Assembly: GCF_018350175.1 (NCBI RefSeq)
Contig: NC_058368.1
Coordinates: 184,390,001 to 184,454,000, forward strand
Reading direction: 5' to 3'
From: Felis catus
Taxonomy: Eukaryota
DNA length: 64,000 nt
A program made the position numbers and the translations under genes. Positions 24,004 to 37,269 of the stretch are shown here, one piece after another. Position 1 is the first letter of the stretch; each line of letters opens with the position of its first letter. The notes under the pieces were generated by a model. It was given only the letters and a program-made list of their open reading frames with translations. It was not told where the DNA came from and did no database searches.

Positions 24004-25280
24004 TAAATCCTTGGTTTGCAAGCATAATCCATTCTGGAAGCATGGTTGTAATCCAAAGCACTTGTCTATCAAACTGAATTTCCCCATAAGAAATAATGGA
24101 AACTCAGATGCTTCGTTCCACAACCCAAAAATATTCATATAATAATGATTACAATACTGCAATAGAATACAAAATAATAAATAAAATACAAAATAGAAAG
24201 AAAAATAAACAAATTACCTGCACGTACTTTTGAAAGCCTTCATGGCTGGTGCGAGGGAGACAAGCCAGAGGAGGGTTATCGTGTAGGACAACCTTCACTA
24301 TCACTAACAGAATCACTGGTATCTATTGGCTCAATGGAATTTTTTTTTCCTGCAAACTTAACAAGGAACTTATCCAATGACATTTGCTTTTGCCTCCTTT
24401 TGAGGATTTTGTATAAATGTGACATTGTATTGCTGTTAAACAGATTCATTGCTTGCACTACTACAGCCTCATTTGGGTGGTGCTTTTCTGCAAAATTTTG
24501 TAGTTTCCCACATTTTACACATCTCCCTAATCTCACTGAAGTGAGGGATTCCTTCGCTTTTTTCTCCTCCTCTACAGATGAGATGTAGATGCAGACTTGT
24601 TATAATCTTGTAATTTCGTCTCTTCGCATACCTCATTTGCACTTCTCAATGATTTCCTCTTTAACTTCCACCGTAATCACCTCCTTCTTCTTACTGCCTT
24701 TCTTTTCAACCTTTTTCTGCATGGGAGCCATTGTACACACTCACACAGGTGTTGACTATAGTCCAGTATTAATAAATTCTTGTCATGTACTGTATTTAAT
24801 GTAACTAGCAATAAGTCAACAGAGGAAAGGGTCTATATCTGCAAGTAGCCTGACCTAGAATGAAGCAAAACATTCCTAAACCTACTCTTGTATGGAAAAG
24901 CAAAGGACTATCCATAGGTGCTCTGAAGTGACAAAAAATACACTAGTACCAGGAAAAAATAGCCTAAAAAGAAAATTAGAAAACTACAGCAAGAGAACCA
25001 ATATCTAATTCTGAAAAATCACTGATTTCTGCCAAACACTGCAGCCTGAGACGGAGCATCCGAGCATGAGAGACGATCACCCACAAATCCATGGTAAGAG
25101 AGAGAGAGACAGAGAGAGAGAGAAGAACCATTGGCTCAGTTATGATCATGTGATGCTTGGCATCACATACTACTCGTATTGTGAGACATCACTCGTTTAT
25201 CAAGTAAAAATGTATTAGAAATGTTTGCTTGTCTTGCAGAACACTCAAAGAACAAGTACTCACAATCCAAGGTTTTACTG
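24002..25280 (-). mobile_element. Internally deleted carnivore Tigger (TcMar/pogo) DNA transposon
   Basis: Right TIR CTCACAATCCAAGGTTTTACTG followed by TA at 25281; degenerate left TIR TAAATCCTTGGTTTGCAAG; transposase N-terminal HTH-like and C-terminal segments on the minus strand. Confidence 0.85.
24276..24731 (-). pseudogene. Tigger transposase remnant: N-terminal HTH joined to the C-terminal tail, catalytic domain absent
   Basis: MAPMQKKVEKKGSKKKEVITVEVKEEIIEKCK*GMRRDEITR ... SSVEEEKKAKESLT ... EKHHPNEAV...ILKRRQKQMSLDKFLVKF. Confidence 0.75.
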
Positions 25281-25548
25281 TACTTGACAACTGCAAAAGC
25301 TCGGGAATTGGTTGTACCACATACTACTGGAAATGGAGATAAACGTGGTATCAAAAACAGGAAGCTGCTTATGAAGTAGTTACCTTCCAAATCTCCTATA
25401 AAGCAGCACAAGTCCAAAGGGTTATTGTCTTCTGAAGGTTAAAAAAAAATGAAACTCTTTCTAAAGAACACTAAGTACTGTTGGGGTGCAGTACCATGCT
25501 GAGAAAAGGAGGAAGGAAAGTGAAGTAAATGTTGTACACAGAAAGTTA

Positions 25549-26418
25549 GATTTGTATTTCCTTGATGGTGAGTTACGTTGAGCATTTTTTCATGTGTCTA
25601 TTGGCCACCTGTATGTGTTCTTTGTATAAATGTCTATTCATAACCTCTGCCAATTCTTAACTGGATTATAAAGTATCACCTCACACCTGTCAGAATGGCT
25701 AAAATTAACAACAAAGGAAGCAACAGGTGTTGTCAAGGATGTGGAGAAAGGAGAACCCTCTTTACATTTCTGGTGGGAATACAAATGGTGCAAGCACTCT
25801 GGAAAGCAGTATGGAGGTTCCTCAAAAAGTTAAAAATATTCTATGATCTAGCAACTGCACTAGTATTTACACAAAAGATATAAAAATACTGATTTGAAGG
25901 GACTCACACACCCTGATGTTTATAGCAGCATTATCAACAATAGCCAAATTATGGAAAGAGCCTAAATGTCCATTGACTGATGAATGGATAAAGAAGAGGT
26001 GATTTATATATTCAATGGAATATTACTCAGCAATCAATAAGAATGAAATTTTGCCATTTGAATGACATAGATAGAGCTAGAGAATATTATGCTAAGTAAA
26101 ATAAGTCAGTTAGAGAAAGACAAATACCACCTAATTTCACTCATATGTAGAATTTAAGAAATGAAACAGATGTTCATAGAGGGGGAAAAAGGCAGAGGCA
26201 AACCACAAAGCAGACTCTTAACTATAGAGAACAAACTGAGGGTTACTGGAGGACCAGTGGGTGGCGGATGAGCTACATGAGTGCTGGGTACTAACGAGGG
26301 CACTTGTGATGAGCACTGGGTGTTAAATGTAAGTGATGAATCACTAAATTCTATTCCTGAAACTAATATTACACTATATGTTAACTAAGTGTAACTTAAA
26401 TTAGAAATGGGGAAAAAA
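25549..26418 (+). mobile_element. 5'-truncated carnivore L1 with 5' inversion (25549-25669 antisense)
   Basis: The antisense block is the ORF2 segment just upstream of the sense block starting tatcacctcacacctgtcagaatggc; full 3' UTR follows. Confidence 0.88.
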
Positions 26419-27051
26419 GACCCGCCATGAATAGTATGGGGCACATTTGATTACTCACTATCCCCATATGTGACTTGATCATTATCTGGTTGCCTAAAGG
26501 ATTCATTCTCATTGAAATACAAAAGGTCTTAGTATTAGTCTTACTAGATAAATACTTTCTAATATACAGTTTACTTTTTCAAACTATAAATTTAAGTCCT
26601 CTTTTATTTACAGAATATTTTAATGTAATATATGTATTTTTCCTGCCCCATTATTTTACTTTCTTCTTGCAGAACACCAGTCACATAAACGTTTTATCTC
26701 CCTTCTAGATTTTCAGCAGTATCATTTCTTTGCACTGATTTCAAACTGCATTTATCTGTGTTTTTTTCTTCCCTTTATTTCCTGAGCTTTGAAAAACTCA
26801 CATTTTATCTCCTATTATCTTGAAACATTATATCTTAATTCTTGAAACTCTACTCGGGGTATTTATTTTATACTATTGACTGATACCATAAATTTTTAAA
26901 TATAAATATATTTCTTTACAATTTTTACCTGTCCTACTGAAATATGTTTATAAAAATATTCTTCATCTATCATTGTATTTTCCTCTTAGTTTCTTCATGG
27001 TTTCTTATATTATCTTCCTATAGACAATTTTATTTATACCAAAGGTTATTC

Positions 27052-27234
27052 TTTTTTTTTAAATACGAAATTTATTGTCAAATTGGTTTCCATACAACAC
27101 CCAGTGCTCATCCCAACAGGTGCCCTCCTCAATGCCCATCACCCACTTTCCCCTCCCTCCTACACCCCCATCAACCCTCAGTTTATTCTCAGTTTTCAAG
27201 AGTCTCTTACGGTTTGCCTCCCTCCCTCTTTAAC
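27052..27234 (-). mobile_element. Young felid L1 3'-end fragment (about 180 bp)
   Basis: Reverse complement closely matches the 3' UTR of the nested L1 at about 9330-9500; short possible TSD ATTCTT. Confidence 0.92.
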
Positions 27235-28558
27235 TCATTCTTGTGATTTCTTTCAGTGAGATGACTTCCTCTTAGAGCATCTACTTAGGAGATTCACTGA
27301 GAAAGGGTGCCAGGTCTGTATTACAGACTAGCAGCAGATCTTACGTACTGAGACACTAAGCATTTTGAGTTCCTGTAATATTTCCCAACAAACCCATATT
27401 GGCAGTTGGTACTTCTTACAATCCAAGATTTCTCTTCCCTCTCCATCACTGATATACTACTTCCTACAAACTTTTATTCACACTCAAACTTCTTGGAACT
27501 CCAGACTAACAGGGTGTACTGGAATGATTCCATCATGCCCTTCCTGTTTCTAATGGGTTTTGTTCTTAGGGTATGCACTTTACCTTGGAAGAACAGTCCA
27601 CTTTTGGCTTTCTCTGAGTTCTGCACCCATATTTTTTTTTCCTTGCATCATTATCCCAGTGCTATTTATGAGACCCACTACAGCTGGTAGTATTTCCTGA
27701 AACATTCAAATACTGTTTAACTTCTGGTTTCATTAAAGGTCCACTTATATTTTGTTCCTTTTTCTTCTAAATGTTTTTTGTATGGAAAGTGGGAACTGTG
27801 AGTCTTTATTCCAATATGTTAAAACCAGATGTGAGAATGGAAATATTTTTATGTCTTAGGCAGAGAAAAATACCTTCCTCTTGAAGAGATTAGCAATGTA
27901 GAATTAGCATTAGGACTCATGGGGTATGGTTTTATCTCATCATTTGCCGTATACAGTAGCACACTATTTAGATTAGAGAGAGTTTTATAAATGTGAAGAA
28001 ACTTCACAGAAACATTTGCCTTTTTTCTATCTGATTTTAGGATCCAAGATAATAAGTATCTTAACAGCATATGAAAAAAGATCAAAAAATGCTTATTCTT
28101 AAAAATTAAGTATTTATATAATTCTTCCTGCCTTTTATGTAACTTTGCTATTGTAACTTAAAAAAATTGGCAAATGGAAATGTAATCTCAAAACGCTTTA
28201 ATGTAATGCAAACCTCAATTTCACTGTTACAAATATTTCTAAATATTTCAGTTCAAGATGTAATTTTAATCTTGCAATGAAATTATTAGAAATAATCAAA
28301 ATTCGTCCTATATTTAACTATTAATAAAGCATCTAGGTATAATTATAGCATAAAATTTCATAATATATAAATTACTATTTAAAATACAAAAATAATTTAT
28401 GTAATAATTATTTATTTATCTCTTAAACAATTGCAATCATTCATAGGACTTCTATTTTTTTTTGGACACCATGCCTGTTATATTTAAAAATTATAATAAC
28501 CAATTATCAATTACAGTAAATTTAAATAGATAAATGCTCAGTTAAAAGACAATTTTAA

Positions 28559-28772
28559 GGGCACCTGGGTGGCTCAGTTGATTAAGCATCCAACTTCCTC
28601 TCAGGTCATGATCTTGCAGTTCATGAGTACTAGCCCTGCATTGGGCTGTGTGCTGATAGCTTAGAGCCTGGAGCCTGCTTCAGATTCTGTGTCTCTCTCT
28701 CTCTTTGCCCCTCCCTGCTCATCCTCTGTCTCTCTGTCTCTCTCAAAAATAAACATTTAAAAATTTAAAAGA
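28559..28772 (+). mobile_element. Can-SINE
   Basis: SINE body; TSD AAAAGACAATTTTAA / AAAAGATAATTGTAA. Confidence 0.94.
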
Positions 28773-28799
28773 AAAGATAATTGTAAAATAAGAAAAAAT

Positions 28800-29680
28800 T
28801 TAATTATGCTTTTTGCTAAAACCTAAGGATATAGAAATATAAGTACAATGATAGAAAAAAGATAGATCCTTTAAATAATAACTGAAAGAATCCTATGCTT
28901 ACTATACAAATAATGAATGAATACATATTAAAGCAAAAATCACTGGAGAGAGTTTCACCACATAATGGAAGAGGTATAAATTCACCAGGAAGATTTACAA
29001 TTTTAGACTTACTGCACCTGATATAATATTCTGAAAATTCATAATGTAAAACTGATATGCCTAGAAATTAACAAATTCAGTCACAATTAAGTGGTTTTAA
29101 TATTATTTTCTCAGTAATTGCTAGAAACAGCAGCAAAAGATAGGAGCAGAGATGGAAAAAAGTTGATGACTATTAACACTCTTGATCTACAGATAAATAT
29201 ATAGCTTCCAACAACTGTAGAATGTAAATAATCATCAAGCAGCAATGTGATATTTTTGTAAATCTATGTATGTTGACATATAAAGCAACTCTCAAAAATT
29301 TTCAAAGGATTGAACTCTAGACAGCATAATCTCTAACCACAATACTCCCTAACCATAATGAAACTATAAGAAATTAATTCAAGGATAACTATAAATTTCT
29401 CATATGTTTGAAGTTAAGAAATAAACTGAGTAATCCACAAATCAAAGAAAAAAATATAAGGAGATTAGAAAATACTTGCATTCAATGATAATAATAATAC
29501 ATAACAACACATATGTGATGTAGCCAAAACTGTACATGAAGAAAATGTATAACTTAAATATATATAATAGAAAAGAAGGAAGGCTGCAGATTAAGAAATC
29601 AAACATTATCTCAGGAACAAACAAACAAACAAAAAACAACAGTATAATAAATACAATGAATGTAGAAGGAAAGACTACTT
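28800..29680 (+). mobile_element. Ancient L1M ORF2 (endonuclease region) remnant
   Basis: A-rich degenerate matches (caccaggaagatttacaatt...tgcacct; ctcagtaattgctagaaacagcag; tttcaaaggattgaa; gagattagaaaatactt). Confidence 0.7.
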
Positions 29681-29735
29681 GATTTTTTGATAGGTAAATT
29701 TTAATAGTAGAGTGTATTATATGTTTGGAAGAGGA

Positions 29736-32700
29736 TTTTATTTATTTTAATTCCAGTGCAATAACATACAATGGTATATTCGTTTCAGGTGTACAATGCA
29801 GTTATTCAACAATAGCATATCTTACTCAGTGCTTATCAAGATAAGTGTACTCATAACCCCTTTCACCTATTTCACCCATCCCCTACTCATCTCCCTCTGG
29901 AAACCATATGTTTGTTCTCTATAGTTAAGAGTCTGTTTTTTGCTTTCCCTTTTTTTAAACTTTGTTTGTTTTGCTTTTAAATTCTACATATGAGTGCAAT
30001 CATACGGTATTTGTCTTTCTCTAACTTATTTCATTTAGCATTATACTCTCTAGCTGTATATGTGTCATTGAAAATGGGAAAATTTCATTCTTTTTTATGG
30101 TTGAATAACATTCCATTGTGTATATATAATACTTTTTTCTTTTTTCATTCACCTATCAGTGGACACTTAGGCTACTTGCATAGCTTGGCTATTGTAATTA
30201 ATCCTGCAATAAACATAGGGGTGCATGTATCCCTTTGAATTAGTGTTTTTGTATTTTGGCATTAAATACCCAATAGCGTGATTCCTGGATTATAGCGTGG
30301 TCTATTTTTAGTTTTCTGAGGAAGCTCCATACTGTTTTCCACAATTCCTGCACCAATTTGCATTCCCACCAATAGTGCAAGAGGGTTCCTTTTTCTTCGC
30401 ATTTCACCAACACTTCTTGTTTCTTGTGTTGTTGATTTTAGTCATTTTAACAGGTATTCATTAGTATCTCACTGTAGTTTTGATTTGCATTTCCCTGATG
30501 ATGAGCAATGTTGAGCATCTTTTCATATCTGTTAGGTATCTGGATGTCTGTTTGGAGAATGTCTGTTCATAGCTTCTGGCCAGTTTTAATTGAATTATTT
30601 GATTGGGGGGGTATTGAGTTTTGTAAGTTCTTTATATATTTTGGATACTAACTCTTTATTTATTGGATATGTCATTTGCAAATATCTTCTCCCATTCCAT
30701 AGTTGCCTTTTAGTTTTGTCAATTGTTTCTTTTGCTAAGCAGAAACTTGTTTTTGTCACCCCACTAATTTAATTTTACTTTTGTTTCTCTTGCCTCAAGA
30801 GACATACCTAGAAAAATGTGCTATGGCCAATGTAAGAGAGATTACTGCCTGTGTTCTCTTCTAGGATATTTATGATCTCAAGTCCCATATTTAGGTCTTT
30901 AATCCATTTTGGGCTTATTTTTGTGTATGGTGAAAGAAAGTGGTCCAGTTTCATTCTTTTGCATGTTCCTGTCCAGTTTTCCCAACACCATTTGTTGAAG
31001 ACACTGCCTTTTCCCCATTGTGTATTCATTCCTCCTTGGTAGAAGATTACTGACCATATAATTGTGGGTTTATTTCTGGGTTTTCTGATATATTCCACTG
31101 ATCTGTGTGTCTATTTTTTATACCAGTACCTTTGTTTCTATTACTAACACTTTGTAATATAACTTGAAATCTGGAATTGTGCTACATCCAGTTTTGTTTT
31201 TCTTCTTCAAGATTGCTTTGACTGTCCAGGGTCTTCTGTGGTTCCATACAAATTTTAAGACTCTTGTTCTAGTTCTATGGAAAATGCTGTTGGTATTTTG
31301 ATACAGATTGCATTAAACCTGTAGACTGCTTTGGGCAGTATGCACATTTTAAGAATATTTGTTCTTTTAATCCATGAGCATGAAATGTCTTTCCATACTG
31401 TGTCACCTTGAATTTCTTTCATCAGTGTTTTGTAGTTTTCAGAGTACAGGTCTTTCACCTCTTTGGTTAAGTTTATCCTGAGACATTGTATTGTTTTTGT
31501 TGTAACTGCAAATAGGATTGTTTTCTTATTTTCTCTTTTTAATCCTTTATTACTAGTGTATAAGAATGCCACAGATTTCAATGCATTGATTTTATATCTT
31601 GTGAACTTACTGAATTCATTTATCAGTTTTAGTAATTTTATGGTAGAGTCTTTCAGGTGTTCTTTATAGGGTATCATGTCAACTGCAAATAGTGACAGTT
31701 TTACTTCTTCCTTACCAATTTAGATGCCTTTTATTCCTTTCTCTTGTCTAACTCCTATGGCTAGGACTTCCAGTACAGTGTTGAATGAAAGCTGTGAGAA
31801 TGGACATCTTTGTCTTGTTCCTAACCTTGAGGGAAAAGCTCTCAGTATTTTCCCAATTGAGTATGTTACCTGTGTGTTTTTCATATATGGTCTTTATTAT
31901 ATTGAGTTATATTCCCTCTAACCCTATTTTGTTGAGAGCTTTTATCATGAATGGATGTTGTACTCTGTCAAATGCTTTTCCTGCATCTATTGAAATGATC
32001 ATATGGTTTTTAGCCTTTCTTTTTTGATGTTATGTATCATGTTGGTTGATTTGTGAATACTAGACCAACCTTGCATCCTAGCAATAAGTCCCACTTTATC
32101 ATGATGAACCAATTTTTAGTGTATTGTTGGATTCAGTTTGCTATTATTCTGTTGAGGAGTTTTGCATCTATGTTCATCAGAGATACTGGTCTGTAGTTCT
32201 TTTTCCTGTGGTGTCTTTATCTGGTCTTGGACTCTATGCTAGAGTCATAGAATGAATTTGGAAGTTTTCGTTCTTCTATTTTTTGGAATAGTTTGAAGAG
32301 AATAGATATTAACTCTATTTTAAATGTTTGATAGAATTCACCTGTGAAGCTGTCAAATCCTGGGCTTTTATTTACTGGGAGTTTTGGATTACTGATTCAG
32401 TTTCATTGCTGGTAATCAGTCTGGTCAAATTTCTTTCTGTTTCAGTTTTGGTAGGTTATATAGTTTCTAGGAATTTACCCATTTCTTCTAGGTTGACCAA
32501 TTTGTTGACATAATTTTTGTATGGGTCTGGCTAGAGGTTTATCAATTTTGTTTATCTTTTCAAAGAAGCAGTTCCTGGGGCGCCTGGGTGGCGCAGTCGG
32601 TTAAGCATCCGACTTCAGCCAGGTCACGATCTCGCGGTCTGTGAGTTCGAGCCCCGCGTCAGGCTCTGGGCTGATGGCTCAGAGCCTGGAGCCTGTTTCC

Positions 32701-34642
32701 GATTCTGTGTCTCCCTCTCTCTGTCCCTCCCCCGTTCATGCTCTGTCTCTCTCTGTCCCAAAAATAAATAAAAAACGTTGAAAAAAAATTCAAAGAAGCA
32801 GTTCCTGATTTCATTGATCTGTTTTATTAAATTTTTTAGTTTATCATTTATTTCTGCTCTATTCTCTATTATGTCCTTCCTTCTGCTGTCCTTCCAAAAA
32901 CCTTTGGGGTTTTGTATATTCTTTTTCTAGCTCCTTTAGGCATCAGGTTAGATTTGAGATTTTTCTTGCTTTTTGAAGTAGGCTATAAACTCCCTCTTTG
33001 AACCACTTTTGCTGCATCCCAAAGATTTTGGATTGTTGTGTTGTTATTTTTATTTGGCTCCAAATATTTTTTTAATTTCTTCTTTGACTTTGTGGTTTAC
33101 CCATTCATTGTTTAGTAGCATGTTATTTAACCTCCACATATTTGTGGTCTTTCCAGATCTTTTCTTGTGGTTAATTTCCAGTTTCATTGCACTGTGGTCA
33201 GAAAAGATGCATGGTATATCTTCAATCATTTTGAAATTGTTGAGACTTGTTTTGTGACCTAATATGCCATATATTCTGGAGAATGTTCCATGTGCACTTG
33301 AAAATAATGTGTATTCTGCTGTTTTAGGATGGAATGTCCTGAATATATCTATCAAATCCATCTGGTCCAGTGTGTCACTTAAAGGTACTGTTCCCTTGTT
33401 CATTTTCTGTTTAGATGACCTGTCCGTTAATATAAATGAGATGTTAAAGCCCCCTAGTATTTTTGTCTTACTATTGATTAGTTCCTTTACATTTTTTATT
33501 AACTGTTTTATGTATTTGGGTATTACCATGTTGGGTGCATAAATATTTACAATTGTTATGTCTTTTTGTTGGATAATCCCCTTAATAATTATATAGTGCC
33601 TTTCTTGTTTCCTGTTAATCTTTGTTTTAAGGTCTATTTTGTCTATATAAGAATTGCTACCCCAGCTTTCTTTTTACATCCATTTGCATTGTAAATATTT
33701 TTCCATAACCTCAGTTTCAAACTGCATGCGTCGATAGGTCTGAAGTGCATCTCTTGTGCACAGCATATGGATGGGTCTTTTTCTAAATCCATTCTGTCAC
33801 CCTATGTATTTTGACTGGATCATTTTAGTCCATTTACATTCAAAGGAATTATTGATAGGTATGTATTTATTGCCATTTTGTTATTTGTTTTGGGTTTGTT
33901 TTTGTGGATCTTCTCTGCTCCTTTTTTCCCTTGCTCTCTTTTTTCACCATCAGTTGGCTTTCTTTAGTGACATGGTTGGATTCCTTTCTCTTTATTTTTT
34001 GCATATCTATTACTGGTTTTTTATTTGTGGTTACCATTAGGTTTGTATATAACATCTTATGCACAAAGCAATCTACGAAGTTGATGGTCACTTATGTCTG
34101 AACCCATTCTTTACTCCTCTCCTCCTCATGTTTAGGTATATGATGCCATACTTTACATAATTTTTTGAGCTTTTTGACTTATTTTTACAGATATGCTTAT
34201 TTTTACTGCTTTTATGCATTCTACTTTTCTTACTCTCACTTATGGTCTTTCCTTTCCATTCAAAGAGTCCTCTTTAAGATCTCTTTTAGAGCTGGTTTAG
34301 TCATTATGAACTCCATTAACTTTTGTGTGTCTGGGAACTCTTTATCTCTCCTTCTATTCTGAATGCCAGCCTTGCTGGACAGAATATTCCTAGCTGCAGA
34401 TTCTTCCCTTCCAGCACTTAATTATCCTGCCACTCCCTTCTGACCTGCAGTTTCTGTTGAAAAATCTGCTGATAGCCTTATGGGGTTTCCCTTGTATGTA
34501 ACTGTTTTCTTTTCTCTTGCTGCTTTTAAAGTTCTTTGTCACTACGTTTTGCCATTTTAATTACTATGTGTCTTAGTGTGAACTTCCTTGAGTTGATTTT
34601 GTTGGGATTTAGCTCTGTGTCTCCTGGATCTGAATTTCTATT
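29736..34642 (-). mobile_element. 4.9-kb 5'-truncated carnivore L1 (3' UTR, ORF2, part of ORF1)
   Basis: Continuous antisense L1 with ORF2 fragments ([42 protein letters not shown]) and the ORF1 3' half; small internal deletion near 32520. Confidence 0.93.
32577..32790 (+). mobile_element. Young felid Can-SINE (SINEC_Fc type) nested in L1
   Basis: Perfect TSD CAAAGAAGCAGTTCCT at 32561-32576 and 32791-32806. Confidence 0.97.
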
Positions 34643-36373
34643 AAAGGAAGGACATTTTAAAACCAATTAAAACTGATAATTATCTGGCAGGACTACTTTA
34701 GGAACAAGTGGATAGATAAATTCAAAATAAGGAGCAGAGTTGATCAAAGATGTACTTTTTTTCTTTGTGGAGAAATTAATTTCCAAAAGACTGCCTCATA
34801 ATCCAATAACAAAACTTGATGTTCATGCTGACTGTACCTTGATATTATGATGATTTGACTTCTCTTAACTCTGCCAAATTGTAGAAATAAGACAATAAGG
34901 ACTGTCTTCTGAAACTGAAAATATAAAACCAATATCCAATAAATCAGCTAACAACATCACCTTTAACACATTGAAGAGATCTCAGGCTTACAAAAATTTA
35001 ACACAACTAGACTGAAGATAGCAATATATGTCAAGAAAGACTTTGGAACAGAAGAGAGATGGATGGCCATGTAAGCCTTAGAGAAGATATAACTCAAAAC
35101 TAAACACTTGGAGTATATACATGGAAATCTGTTGGGGGAGGAAGATTCCTTGCTAGGTACAGTGGTCTGTCTTCCCTGGAAGTTGAATCTTATAATACCA
35201 GCACCACTAAACATTTACCTTTTCTTACTACCTTCCTTTTTTTCTGATTCTAGGCTTGTCAAGAAATCTTTCAAGAATTTGCTTTCACTTGGAGTTACCT
35301 ATTGAATAAATTTTGGGATTGGGAATAAAATTTGGGATTAAAGCTTTGGCCCTCTCCACAAGGAAAAAACCTTGATGTATACATGCAATTTTTCATGCAA
35401 GTTTTGATGATGATTGTGAAGATCATCCTGATAGTTCAAGTCCTAAATGGGAAAATGTGCTAAATCAGAACAATATCTGGACCTGATAGTTCCATTAAAA
35501 GGTAAATTAATAAATTGGCATTCTGGTTTGACACTTCAGTCTCTTAGGGGCCTATTCAGAATAAATCAGTAATTATAAATCTGAACAACTCTGGAAAACT
35601 GAAGAAACTAGTGTTCTGTGTGGCCAATGGCCAGATAGAGGTGGCTACGTGTAGTATCTTATACACACCATTTGAATTTATTTAGCTTGGATGGAGGAAT
35701 TTCAGTTACCAAAATGACAGAAAAATAGGAACTCACCCTATACTACCTGCATATGAGGTAGATAATGATCAACAGCCAGAGCCAACTTGAATAAACAGTT
35801 TAAAAACAGTTTTCACCTTTAAATTTGACTTTTGTTAGATCTAAAAACTAACAAGGGATTCATTTATATGAGTCTGGATCTTTCCCTTACTCATTAATTT
35901 ACAAACTTAAATTTGTAGCCAGACAGTTTAGAAATGCCAGTGAAACAAAAAATACAGGAGATTGTTAAGTAATAATTTGTTGGTGGTCCTTGGGAGAGAA
36001 GTGAAAAAATTAGCGAATGATACTATGTATATGAAGAATAATGAACAACAGAAGAGTGAACAAAGGCTTCTCATACAAATCTTTTAAACTTAATTAACTA
36101 ATCAATTTTCAAGGATCCCAATGAATATTAATACCCAAAGTTTAATGTCAATGCATAATAAATAATCTTAAATCGTACTGATGTGTACTTTGAAATAACA
36201 AAGGCAAAGAAAGGAAAAGGTAACAAGAAGCAGACTAAAAGAAAATTAAGTGTGGGTGACCTAATCAAAGCTACTAGTTTTTCTTTTTTCCTCCCTATTA
36301 AAAAAAAAAAAAAGATGTAATAGGATTATATTTACCCAAGTTTGTCCAACCATCATATAAATTAAATAGTACA

Positions 36374-36580
36374 GGGGCACCTGGGTGGCTCAGTCAGTTA
36401 AGGACCTGACTTCGGCTCAGGTCATGATCTCACTGTTTGTGGGTTTGAGCCCTATGTCAGGCTCTATGCTGACAGCTCAGAGCCTGGACCCTGCTTCAGA
36501 TTCTGTGTCTCCCTCTCTCTCTGCCCCTCCCCCATTTGCACTCTGTCTCTCAAAACGAAGTAAATATTAAAAAAAAAAAT
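36374..36580 (+). mobile_element. Can-SINE
   Basis: TSD AATTAAATAGTACA / AATTAAATATTACA. Confidence 0.95.
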
Positions 36581-37269
36581 AATTAAATATTACATAGATT
36601 TCTTGAAAGAAGAGTGAACATTAGAATGTGTTTCCTTCATGTTTGTTATGATCAAGTGTACTCTAACTTCAAAATTTAGCCTATATTCAAAACACTCCAA
36701 GTAAAGGAATTGATTTATCATTTTCTTACCACTTTTATTCATCCACATTGAAGGTACAAACACACTCAGAAAAATTAGTTCTCAGCCAACACATATCTCT
36801 ACATTGGGAGCCTCAAAATGCATACTTCAATAATAAAACATTTATTTGGGGGTGGTTGTGATCTACTTGGAAGTTCGTGAAAGAAAACCGTAATGCAAGT
36901 TCTGGGTACCTATAAGGAGGTGTTCCCTGTAGAATTCTCTATAAAAAATATTTTTAAGTAAAATTGTGAGCTTGAACTAATAGCCAATAAGCTAGTGACA
37001 TTTTATACTATAAAAGGCTCAAATCTAAGTTTGTAAAAAGATTCTCAAATATAAATACAAATCTCCAAATCTTTAGTGTTCTACTCAAAACAAAACAATA
37101 TTAAACTAAAACATAAAACAAAATTCTCAAGAAAATTAAAAATAACAATCTTTAAACAGTTGTCTATATTCACAATTTCTTTATCTCTAACACTTTCTTT
37201 TACTTATTATACTCTAGATTCCACTTCTACCAAACCTTAATGTGTGTGCCACATCACTCCCTTTGTGGC

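Noticed and set aside
27849..28085. Minus-strand ORF with a possible AAG|GTATTT donor
   Set aside because: Poor acceptor, no recognisable protein similarity and no partner exons.
34744..34932. Minus-strand TTTTCAG...AAG|GTACAG exon-like segment
   Set aside because: Weak donor, two of three frames closed and no recognisable peptide.
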